From positions 496,001 to 560,000 of the forward strand of contig JAHLTZ010000012.1 of NCBI GenBank assembly GCA_025786725.1: DNA of 64,000 bases, in the 5' to 3' direction. The translations under genes were made by a program, and so were the position numbers. The stretch comes from Syncephalis fuscata S228. Lineage: Eukaryota > Fungi > Zoopagomycota. Below are positions 1 to 16,938 of the stretch, one piece after another. How positions within the stretch are numbered: the first letter of the stretch is position 1; every line of letters starts with the position of its first letter. A model generated the notes under the pieces. The model ran no database searches, was not told the origin of the DNA, and was given only the letters and a program-made list of their open reading frames with translations.

Positions 1-920
1 TAATAAACGTGGTTATATAGGTCGACCTGCTTTAAAAGAAGGGCATTTTCAAAATTCCTTTTAAAAGAAAGAAAATAAAAGAGTGTATGAGTCAGGGTGA
101 ATACAGTTTATTGATACTGCCACTTAAGCGCCCACCACGTCAAGTTGATAAGTATTTTCATCTAGAATGCGGTCCAGTTCGGCCGTACCATTTCAACACT
201 GCTCGCATCGACAAATACGTGTGTCTCGTCCAGATCTTCAATAATAAATCGTCTACTCTCATTAATATGTAGAATGATCTGTTTAACAGTGGCGTCGCTA
301 GTTATTTGTCGTCGTTGTCAAGAACAGTATAAACGCGTCATTACTAAGCAATACAGCCAACGGCCGTTATTCCTGCTTATTCTACTTACCATTGAATAAG
401 TACACCTATATTAATATAAGTATATTTATAGTATTCTGTACTAATACGCACCTCGAATTGCTTTCACCATATTGTGTGTATATTTGTATTAATAATCCTT
501 GTGACAATAAAGATATGGATGCAAAGTGTAATGCATTCCCGGTCCTTAATTCACTCGTTGGGGCAGTGTACAACCAGCCAATAAGGCTTTTTTACAGATA
601 TCGCTGCTAATGACCCGTCTATCAGCAATAACTGTATATGACACGTGTTTCAATTTATTGTAAACTGCCATTTCCATTATCACGTCATGTTCGGTCCGTG
701 GGAGAAGCGAGATGACCCAACGTAGACTTAAATATAAATGCATCGAACATATAAGACTTTTTGTCTACCCTCACCACCACCGCTACAGCCTCTTCTTTTT
801 CTCGCTTCGGCTTTTAAGATCTCTGTCGTTGGACCTATTTCTTTGTCTTTCAACACCCGTTTACACCGTTTGTGTATTTGATTCGTATACGTGTGTGTGT
901 TTATCTACGATCTATTAGCG

Positions 921-2374
<1,454 letters not shown>

Positions 2375-2497
2375 TCTAAAATGTTTTTTTCCTGAATAAA
2401 ATTAAAACGTTAGGAAGATTAATACAAAATTAATCGTGTTATTTAACATTAACACTATTCATTGTTCATGTAATCATTTGTTCATATAATAGTATTT

Positions 2498-4122
2498 TTA
2501 TTTTATTTTTAAAATTTGTTGTAAATCACGTCTTGATAATAATTCAATTGTATCAAGCGATAATCCCATTTCTACTGTATCATCATTTGATTCAGACGTC
2601 GATGATCTACCAAATATTTCACCTAGTAATCCATGCCATAATACTGGCACTAGTAAATAGATATAATAAGCTACCACGACGGATTTAATATGCACTGCTC
2701 CTTCTTCTTTATCGGTAATGGTCGCTGTTTTCTCATACTCTAATAATCTATCCATCATAATAGTAGCCCATTGGTTGAATGACTGTCTTAATGTAATTGC
2801 TAATGGTAGAGCAATAGGTGTGGGTGCATACCAACGTAAATCATTATACAATTGCATAAAGTATTAAATAAACGAGCCCAAATAGGTACATTTAATAGAT
2901 CGCTGGGTGGTCCATCCATTGAATCGATTACTTTCCAATAGCCCGTAGGTATCAGCTTATCATTTAATAAATGATGGTCGCTGTTATTGTCCTTAATACG
3001 CGGTATCCAGTCAAATCCTTTCTGTAACTCATCACTATAACTATTGGTAATCGTGTTAATACGAGTAGTGGCCATCATTGTATATCGTTCATGTAAAGTA
3101 GATTCAATCATTGGTAATGGATCGGCACCATATCTACCAAGCGACGTTCCTACGTGTAATAATAATGAATATAATTTAGCAATAGATGCCAAATCATTTA
3201 TATAATGAAGATGTCCCATAATAATATCTAATACTTGACGGGCCAAATAAGTAGCAGCTATCGCCTTTCCATCCATAGTCATTATTGATGTCTCATTACC
3301 AGTATCATTAGATCGTGTACCTAGTAGTACTTGTAATTGTCGATGTAGATCAGGTACTGTTTCACGAATAGTATCTAAATATTGAGATAGTTCATTAAAA
3401 CTACGTTCCATTATTAATGGTTCCATATTAATGTTATTATCTGTTGTTGTTGTTGTTGTTGTCATTGCTGTAGGAGATACAGTAATTAACGCCTTATTTA
3501 TCGTTTGTATATTAGGATGACGCGCAAGTACAACCAATTGCCATGATCTTAAACGAGCCTTAATTAATATAGCGGCCAATTGAATAGGTACCGGTACCGA
3601 ATCAATTAGTATATCATTAATAGGCTGTAAAGACCATAGTCTTCTTAAACGACCCAGTAATCGAGCCAGTTCCGGTAAAGAAGCCTCTCCCGTTAAACGT
3701 ATTAATAATTGTTGTGTTAATTCATTATGAATTAGTCGATTTACTTGTTCATATATATTACTGGCTAATTCTGTATATTCAACACGATTCTCTATAGTGT
3801 TTACATTTAACTGTTGTTGCCAATATCGACACTGATCCCATAGAGCAAGTGCCTCATCCCATTGTTCATTTTTAATAAGCAAATCAATAGTTTGTGGTAT
3901 TTCAAGCCATTGAGAGATATCATCTAAATGGTTTAGAGCCAGCAGAGGACCTTGTCGTTCACTTTCATAGACGGATAGAGTTGGCTTTAACTGATCAAGT
4001 TGCTCTTTAGCTCCTTCACAATGAGTGTCAAATTCAGTTAGTAGACTACGTAGTTGATAAAAAACAGTATTCATTGATTCATTGTTATTAGTACCAGTAT
4101 CAATATGACTATCAGAGGCCAT
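2498..4122 (-). CDS. COG8: Conserved oligomeric Golgi complex subunit 8 (Dor1 family), with an apparent 1-nt frameshift near 2860
   Basis: LEIPQTIDLLIKNEQWDEAL matches the Dor1 motif. SLGRYGADP is present, and LYNDLRWYAP continues in the adjacent frame (ORF 2498-2857). Confidence 0.85.
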
Positions 4123-4174
4123 AGTTGTTAGAAATGAATAGAGAAACGCAATAGTTTATCAAAAGTAAAAGAGA

Positions 4175-4545
4175 TTACAGAAAAGCTGGTCGATTGGTGG
4201 TAGAGGGATTGTAGTGACCAGCCGTGGTACTCGTAGACGTAATCGCATTCAAGTTACTACTAGACGGGATATCCTCCTTAACAATAGCATAAACAGACGC
4301 TTTAAACAATGTATAGACAGACCGAATTTACGTTCAATCTCTCGTAATTTGTCAGTTAATAAAGTAACTTGTTGTGTATTCATACTGGCTACCACTGTAT
4401 TCATCTTTATACAGACCATTTATATTAATACACGTTCAATACAACTGTAGAATAAAGTAAGACTTGCCTCTTCAGCTGCCAGGGCTAGTTGTTCGTACTC
4501 TTTAAGTACATCCTCTCTTAACACGTTTGTTGCTTCTGTCGCCAT
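4175..4545 (-). CDS. DAD3: DASH/Dam1 complex subunit Dad3, 2 exons with a GC-AG intron (4405-4467) and an apparent frameshift near 4320
   Basis: Hand translation gives LREDVLKEYEQLA...LREIERKFGL/VYTLFKASVYAIV, which matches the Dad3 signature LRELERKxxLVxTLxKASVYSI. Confidence 0.8.
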
Positions 4546-4874
4546 TGATCTCTACTACTACTACTACTACTACTATTGGTACAGTATAGTATGCCTATTA
4601 TGGTAGAAGAAAAAGAATAGTTTTACTTTGTGTAGGATCTTGTGGATTAAGTCACAAGACACACACGCGATATCTTTACTTTACCCTTTCATCCTATAAC
4701 AAATAACTAATTACTATTTAATATAGACGGTGACAATAACTACCATAATTACAAGTGTCTTTTGTCTATCACATCTACGGTTGTCGTCACTCTTTCTTTC
4801 GTCTTTCCTATTGCTCATTTTGTTTATTCATAGCCTATTGCCCATCTACTTGCTTTTACTACACTTTTATTACG

Positions 4875-5508
4875 ATGGCTGGTCGTAATTTGATTGCGGT
4901 TATTGGTGATGAGGTATGTGTACATAGATAGATAGATAGAGTAGTATATAGAGTAGTATATAGAGTATACTTATCGATATCTATTCAATAGGATACGGTC
5001 ACTGGGTTGTTACTAGCGGGTATTGGTCATGTTGATACGCAACAGCGTAGTAACTTTTTTATCGTTGACGCAAGTAAGTAGTTAGTTATTAGTATTTATA
5101 AATAGTTAAATAATAACTACTTTTTATTATAGAAACACCGGCAGCCAAGGTAGAAGAAACATTTCAAGAGTATAAACTTCGTAAAGATATTGCCATTATC
5201 CTTATTAACCAACATGTAAGCTATATCATTATTATTATTATTATTAGTAGATGAATAAATGGCTAATTGATTAAATCATAGGTCGCTGAAACAATTCGGC
5301 CATTGATTGAGGCACACAATGAAGCGTATCCAGCTCTATTGGAAATTCCATCGAAAGATCATCCTTATGGTAAGTAGTTATAGATATTAATAGATAGAAT
5401 GACTAATCAATTCAATTATAATATATAACATACATATATATATATTTATATATAGATCCATCAAAGGATTCAGTGCTAAAGCGAGTTCAAAAGCTATTTG
5501 GAGAATAA
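4875..5508 (+). CDS. VMA7: V-type proton ATPase subunit F, 5 exons
   Basis: Spliced translation reads [25 protein letters not shown]...[10 protein letters not shown]...[28 protein letters not shown]. Confidence 0.95.
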
Positions 5509-5561
5509 GAGTCAATTCGTTTATTAACTCAGTATTGAAATATACGCATTCGTTAGCCTGC

Positions 5562-9473
<3,912 letters not shown>

Positions 9474-9690
9474 GATCAAAAGCTTTACAGTAGATGTGGT
9501 AGTAGATTTAAACGGAATGCACACTTGGATGGAAGACTAGTAGTAACACTCATCACGACGTCTCCTCATCCACCAAGTTGCGTCAGCGAGTCACGTGATT
9601 TTTATATTGTATCTTGACACTGGTTGAACTGTATATCTACAACTTATTCTTATTCTACACCACCACACAAGTCACACTCTACTACTACCG

Positions 9691-9721
<31 letters not shown>

Positions 9722-9724
9722 ATT

Positions 9725-10245
9725 ATGGCGCAATACTATGAACATTATCGACAAAGTACGCTAGGTAATACACTTACCGAAACACTTGACGAGTTGATCG
9801 AGGCTGGTCATCTTACACCGCAACTAGCGATGCGTGTACTTAGTCAGGTAGGCACCAATCAGTATTGATCGATCTGAATAGCAAATATAAATATATGTGC
9901 GTGTTATTTATTTAATATACTACAGTTTGATAAAAGTATGGCCGAAGCACTTGGTAACAGTGTCCGTAATCGTGTTGGATTCAAGGTAAATTGTGCATCT
10001 ATATTTACTATGTTGTAGTATAACAAGTACTAATATACTTGTACAATAGGGTCATCTTCATACTACAAGTAGGTCATTAGAACAGTAGCTATTCTCTATG
10101 TATTAATAGTATATTATATAGTTTTTGCGATGATGTATGGACATTTACAGTTGAACAACCAGTATTCCGATTTGATCACGAAACAGTGGGCACGAAGAAG
10201 GTCAAGATTGTTGCTTGTAACGGCAAAAAGCCAGGCGAAGTGTAG
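9725..10245 (+). CDS. TOA2: Transcription initiation factor IIA gamma (small) subunit, 4 exons
   Basis: [43 protein letters not shown] and VKIVAC. Confidence 0.95.
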
Positions 10246-10334
10246 ATTATCCACTTAAGCCAGTACTTATAATATTAAGCATAAATAGTGACAACAATAA
10301 CCATAAATAAATACATTTCTTAGTTATGCACTTA

Positions 10335-10568
10335 TTAAATGTCTATTGTGACTAAGTAGTAACTAAGAGGGTTGTCCACTAGACTTGGCAGTAGTATTGT
10401 TCTGAACTCTTTCTTCATATGTATATTCACGTAGACGATCACGTTCACGACGTGCTGTTTAATAGACGAACGTACATAGACACCAAGCATAATAGCCATA
10501 GTGAATGCGGCTAAAGGGGCAACCCAACGTCGTGGATGTAAATGAGCTTGTGGTGGCAGTAAAGTCAT
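10335..10568 (-). CDS. Small single-TM hypothetical protein, possibly frameshifted near 10455
   Basis: ATG-initiated ORF with the hydrophobic segment WVAPLAAFTMAIMLGVYVRSSI. The neighbouring frame continues with a charged tail, RRERDRLREY. Confidence 0.5.
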   Translation of the reverse strand: MTLLPPQAHLHPRRWVAPLAAFTMAIMLGVYVRSSIKQHVVNVIVYVNIHMKKEFRTILLPSLVDNPLSYYLVTIDI

Positions 10569-10763
10569 TGTAAAGTTGTAAAGTTGTAAAGTGAAAAGAA
10601 TAAAATATAATTCATATTCATATTCATATATTAATATTACGTTATTATTATTTATTCGTGGGCCACTCTGTTATTATTTCTATCTGGCAGAGTTGGCCAA
10701 ACATTTATCTATCTATCTATCTATCTATTGTGAATTACTATTACTATACTATTATTGAAGGTA

Positions 10764-11760
10764 ATGCAGAGCAAGTATACCAATATTCGGAAACGTTCGA
10801 TATCCGACGAAGATAGTGAAAGTAAACGTCAATGTCGAGGACCTGAACCTTGTAATTCAGAATTTGAATAGTAAGTAGTGAAATAAAGGTTATATTATAC
10901 TAAATATAAATACTTTGGAATACTTCTACTTCAGTTATGCACCAGTTAAAGTAAATAAAGAATAGCTTGTAGAATAGCTACTAATAGTATATTAGTTCTC
11001 CGAGTTACGCTGTCAACGGTGGTTTGATCAATATACAGGTAATTAGTCTAATTATATCAATTATAACAGTATTTATCGATGAAATATAGATGGTACACAA
11101 CAAACACAGTTACAGCCCCAACAAGTAGAAGTGTTTTATGCCGATATTGGTATTACAGTTGATAGTGTAAGTTAAGGTTGATTTAATATAATAGAGTTTA
11201 TTCATGTATTATAATGTTATAAAGGTGGATATGCTATTATTATCATGGAAATTGACTGCTGCAACCATGGGTAATGATGATTAGTATGGGAGGTTATTCT
11301 ATTAACTATCTATTGTATAGGTTATATTACAAAAGAGGAATGGATGAGAGGACTTGCTTCATTAGAGTAAGATAATGGCAATTAATAGATATTATATAGA
11401 ATAATAAGTATTGATATGAATATATATATATGTATGTATGTATGTATATATAATTAGAGCCGATAACAGTGTTCAATTGAATCAACAACTACAGTGTTTA
11501 AAACACAAAGTATTTAATGAACATGAACAATTTAAACAATTTTACAGTTACATATTTAAGTTTATTCGTGAACCGGGTAAACGTTACGTTGAAGTTAATG
11601 TACATATATACAGTTGTATTGTATTATAGTTGACAATATGGTTTATAGGTGGTTACTACAATATTACATCTTATATTTGATTATCATACACCGCATATTC
11701 GTTCACTTATTCAATTTCTCAATGTAAATATCGTTAGCTTTAATGTTTATAGTAATAGCT

Positions 11761-11792
<32 letters not shown>

Positions 11793-12008
11793 TATATTAG
11801 GAGAAACAAACAGTTAAAGTAATTAATCAGGATCAATGGAATACTATTCTACCATTTATTTGTTCAATATCCGAGGATTTTACTAATTATCATACAAATG
11901 ATGCATGTAAGCCATTATCCTATTATTAAACCTTTTAATTAATTAATTTAAATAATAGGGCCTGTATTATTAGATGAATATGTCATGTGGCAATTAAAAA
12001 ATAAATAG
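10764..12008 (+). CDS. DCN1-family cullin neddylation E3 (PONY domain), multi-exon
   Basis: Exons encode MLLLSWKLTAATMG-YITKEEWMRGL, FKQFYSYIFKF, KVINQDQW and DAWPVLLDEYV. Confidence 0.88.
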
Positions 12009-12012
12009 TTAA

Positions 12013-13917
12013 TTAAGTAAATCCAGAAATGGGCGCCATTTGCCATATGACTAAACGATTATCGATCCTGTTTTCTTCATTTACGGTTGATGGCACAACA
12101 TCGTCATTATCACTATCATTCTCTTCTAGATCTAATGGAAACTTTCTTTGTCCTGAACAACTAGCCAGTATAGAAGTATGATATATAGGATGAAATTCTG
12201 TTGCTGAACAAATATCTATGTATTTTTATGAATACGCTATATTAGTGTATATAAATGTGACGATACCTTGATGAAGTGCTGCCCAATGAGTAGAGAAAGA
12301 AGATGAATCTTCAATTGAAGATGTTTTAGTTTGAATATCAAATATTGTAATACCGCCATTCTATTAAAATAATTAGATAGTATATCAATAGTAACAAAAG
12401 CAATAACAACAATAATAACAATAATAATAAATTTACCTGATCTCCTGTTACTAATCTATGACCCAATGGATCTATATCAAAGGTTAATCGCTGATTTGTA
12501 GTGTGTTCTCGTTCTAAACGATGCAATATAGATCCAGTTTGTCGAACATCCCAGCCTAGAATGGCATTTTGTTTACGAGAGGTTGAATACAAATAATTGC
12601 CATCAGGTGTAAATTTAACCTTTTGTCCATTTAGTTATTAATCTAGCAAGTCATCTATCTTACTTGAGTGATACCCGCATCAGATCCAGCGAGGGTGTAG
12701 ATTAATTGCTGATCTTGTTCTGTATACAGTCCAATGGTGCCTGTAAATGAACTGGCAGCGTATAGACCAGATCGGTCTGGGTTAAAAGCTAAACTTGATA
12801 TTAATCCTATATTATATTAGTTAGTAGATCGATAGATACAGTATATATATAATGTATATTACCTTTTTGTCCTTTTTTACTGTATCGAGATGGTGTTGTA
12901 GGATATTTGACAGATTGACTGCCAGGTCGATCTATATAAAATGCTTCAATCATATTCTCATAACCAGCGTATATTCTAGTAGTAGGTTGGTTAGAGTATT
13001 AGTTAGATAAAGTAACTACTTACCGAGACCCGTCAAGATTAAATGTTAGTGCAGTAGGACCAATAAAGCGTTCTTGGTGATCTATAATTGGATAAGAGGC
13101 CCGTAACTAGATTATGGTTATTATTGGCGCTTATTATAGTAGATTGAGTTACTTACATGGCCTGTAAAAGCATCCCATAGCTGTATTGGATGATCTTTGG
13201 TAGATGTAACAAAACAACATGATGCAGGATCTTTTACATTTTAATAAGTTGATGATGTAAATAGTATTAACTAGTATCATTACCTTGACTAGACATTCGG
13301 GGATACCAACAGGCATCATACATTATATCGCCTGATGCAACACGTAATGCTGGCGATAATAGTTGATCTAGTTAATCAATTACTTGATCATCAAGCTATC
13401 TATTACTATCCATTCTACCTTTAACTTACCAGAATCAGTATTTAATGCTTCTAACGGACTATAGACAATAGAATGGTAGTAGTAATGATATGTACAACAG
13501 TAAATGATACAAGATTACTTATTAATTCAAAGGATACAAATTAAATAAGCGTACAACATTATCATTATTAATCGTTAGTAAACAACTTCCATCAGGCGCC
13601 CTTAATGTATTAATTCAGCGCGTTATTAATTATCAATAAACATCAGCTACTCTTATTAATTACCAATGAAGCGTTTTAAAAAAGTTATTTTCTTTTTCTA
13701 ATGGACCACAATACTTTATTTGATCCATTTCTTGATGTAATGTGTCGCCAATGGTTTGTGAATAAACTGCTTGCGTAGAAGCAATACATTGTGGTCGAGG
13801 CAGTTCACTACACGGTCTATTCTGAATATCATTATTACCGCTAAGCGTAGTATATTCAGGTACATTTTGTTCCATAAGTGCGGCTTCGTCAGTTGCTATT
13901 TGCAAAGTGGAATCCAT
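12013..13917 (-). CDS. WRAP53: WD40 protein WRAP53/TCAB1 (telomerase Cajal body protein 1; Swt21-like), multi-exon
   Basis: NFFKTLHW-APDGSCLL, YDACWYPRMSS-DPASCCFVTSTKDHPIQLWDAFTG, LRASY and TNQRLTFDID. Confidence 0.88.
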
Positions 13918-14042
13918 CAGTAACAAGTGGTTGGTGGTTATAGAAGCCAGGGGGACAAAGGAATGGCAGTCTTTTCTTTTCTTTATTACTTCGTTAGCTA
14001 TCACTTTATTCGTATTTCGTATAACTAAGCGACTACATCATA

Positions 14043-14504
14043 ATGGACACTAGTCTACAAAACTTGCTGGATTCCATGTAAGTAGACAATAAAGCGATAA
14101 ACTAAACTAATTAATAGCTATAGTATGCAAGAAGAAGGAGTCAAAGGCGTGCTAGTAACGGACGAGCAAGGATTATGTTTGGCCAGTAAGTGTTTAGTAC
14201 AGCGTCAATTTATACGAAGATGCAAGGCTAATCAACATTATATAGCGCGAGGAATAGCCTCAGTTGAAGCGGCAAGTTTTATTGCTGCTATTTCCGACCG
14301 TGCCGCAGAATTGTCAAGAGCCACGATAGATACAAATGATAGCTCAAATAATACACAGCCAACAATTCGTATTGAAGCCGGCAATAATACGTATCCTTTT
14401 TCACGAATGATTACTATACGATTATGACAGTATTTATCTTTAATTTACATAGATCCATATATATCCGCTCACATGGCACCTATACACTAGCTATTTATCG
14501 TTAA
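14043..14504 (+). CDS. LAMTOR5: Ragulator complex subunit LAMTOR5 (HBXIP)-like, 4 exons
   Basis: MDTSLQNLLDS-MQEEGVKGVLVTDEQGLCLA-RGIASVEAASFIAAISDRAAEL parallels LAMTOR5 VGVLCTDSQGLNLGCRG. Confidence 0.75.
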
Positions 14505-14511
14505 TGGTCTA

Positions 14512-15370
14512 TTAAGTGATATATTCATGATACAGTAATAAATAGTATATATTATTGTTATCATTGTTATTGCTATTAAGACGCTTATCTTTTTGATATA
14601 ATTTAAATTCTGGTGGCAATTGATCCTCAGCCAGTAGCTGGTCTGTAAAATAAATACGTTTTAGTCGGCAGTTGGCGTGAACACGTATATAATCGCATGC
14701 GTATATGTACTGCCATAAGCACGGCGAACTAGATTAGCTAGATCAATACGCAGTTGATTCCAGTCATCATCTAGCTGTAGTGGCAGTAGACATAGCTCAT
14801 CTGTTATGTGGTCTTTTTTCTAAATAAAATGATTGTAGCTAGTGTTATTTATAATATCAATATATTGATTGTAGATTGTTACCTGGTAGTTGGCCAGTCT
14901 AAAACGACGTGTAGTTCCGCGATTATCGCGTAGACCTACTTCCAGACTAAAGTATTTGCTCATGCTTCTCATAAGCAAAACAACAAATGGCAGTCGGATG
15001 CTTAAGGATTGACCAATCTAGCGGGACACATTATGTAGACAGCTCGACTATCCGACGACCATAGCTGTAATACACGTCCATGGATCATGTCATCGTCAGT
15101 AAATTGAATCGTAGCATCCAAGTCTTCGCTTGAGCAGTTATTAGTGCCATTAGCCTCTGTTACCGATGCAGGTAATGGTGAGGGCGATATGGCTTGCCAA
15201 ATTTCTAAAGGATGTCCTCTATATTTATAATTCAATAGCTAGTCTTGAAGATTGCAATTACAACTTACCCTTCACTATAGAACAGCGAGAGGAATCCAGA
15301 CTGTTTAATTTATAAATAACAGAAGTGTCTCTTAAAGCTATCTACTTACCTGATAAATGTGAGAGAACAT
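14512..15370 (-). CDS. CFAP20: CFAP20/BUG22 (DUF667) homolog, 4 exons, with two apparent 1-nt frameshifts (~15013, ~14700)
   Basis: [62 protein letters not shown] and [28 protein letters not shown]. Confidence 0.9.
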
Positions 15371-15444
15371 GCGAAATATAAAAAGTAGACAAAAACTAAG
15401 CTTTGACGAAACTGCTGCTACTTTATTTTCTTTCATTTTTCAAT

Positions 15445-16433
15445 ATGTCGTCACCGGCCCTGACAACGTCTGCATTGGTACCAAAATGTTTATTGGTCGA
15501 TATTGAAGGTACAACTACTTCAATAAGCTTTGTACACGATAAGTTATTTCCGCTGGTACGCGCAGAACTAGCCTCATTCCTGGATGCAGCATGGACGCGA
15601 GCGGATGTTCAAGATAGTGTAGCACTCATTCGCCAACAGGTAATAGCTATGTACGCTATATTATTGGTATACACTGACAGAGTGTCAAGGCAGTAGAAGA
15701 CCATAGTAATGGCCTTTCTGAATGCCCCGTTATTCCTGAGTCTGGCGAGGCAGCTGATATCAAGGAGGCAGTCAAAGCCAATGTGTTATGGCAGATGGAT
15801 AGTGATCGAAAGACCGGTGGATTAAAGCGATTGCAAGGGCAGATATGGCGTAATGCTTACGAGTCAGGCACAGTAAAGGGAGAGTAAGTTGACTAGAACA
15901 TATAGGTAAACCAAATAAATAAATTAATTAAATACGATATAGATTATTCGAAGATGTGTTGCCTGCACTGCATCGATGTCAAGCGTTAAACGTGCCTGTC
16001 TACGTATATTCGTCTGGTAGTGTCGAAGCTCAGAAACTTTTGTTTACCCATTCGGAATATGGTAATCTCCAGCCGGTATGTATATTATAAGTTTTGACAT
16101 TAGCAAGTTCTAAATAGTTTATTTTACAGCTATTTCGGGTAATTTTGATACGACTATTGGCAGTAAGATTGAATCTGCTTCGTATATTGCCATTGCTCAG
16201 CAAATTCAACTGCCCACTAAAGATATTCTGTTTTTAAGCGACAATCCTAAAGGTATAGTGCACAATAATTTAGCTGTTAGCTATCTCACACAGCGTGAAT
16301 AGAAATAAAAGCGGCCAGTGATACAGGAATGCAAACGGCCATTCTGGATCGTCCAGGCAATGCGCCATTAGATGAAATGACGCGCAATAGTTATTTGGTT
16401 TTAAATTCATTTGAGTCATTATTTGTTGTATGA
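15445..16433 (+). CDS. UTR4: Enolase-phosphatase E1 (methionine salvage HAD hydrolase), multi-exon
   Basis: LVDIEGTTTSISFVHDKLFP, DRKTGGLKRLQGQIW, YVYSSGSVEAQKLLF, LFLSDN and DRPGNAPL. Confidence 0.95.
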
Positions 16434-16938
16434 TTAAGTATCGTTAATGACGCACAAATAAATACGTTATAATGTTTATGTAAAAATAACTTTTCTAAAT
16501 TCATATATTAATGGTTAAGGATGGAAAAAACACTTTGGCAATACGTAAACGTGACAGTTAATTTGTCCTTACTGTATGTATAGTGTCAAACTTTATACCT
16601 ATTATGATTAGCATTATCGACGATGATATTGCTAATGTTTAAATTCAAATCAAATATAGGCATAGATATAGCATATTAACCAAATATAATTAATGAAACC
16701 ATGTGTTTATTACTGCAAGTTTGCATGGCTGAATAAACACAGCCAGATGCAGATTTCTTGATAATGTAATGGCATCATTAATTAAGAGTTGAATAGGCTG
16801 GAGCATTGGTTGGAATTTGATATGTGAATGGACTGGACAGTAACTGGCTGGTGGTCTTGTTTTTGTTGAATAGATACTTAAAGTGTATTGGACTGCCATT
16901 TTAGTAACACTGAAAATGCCAATGCATTTAAAGTATGG

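Noticed and set aside
16690-16899. ORFs MAVQYTL... (also 43087-43287) as standalone genes
   Set aside because: They lie just after the stop codon in the terminal exon of the micro-exon genes and most likely belong to the 3' UTR. Kept only as a low-ranked alternative.
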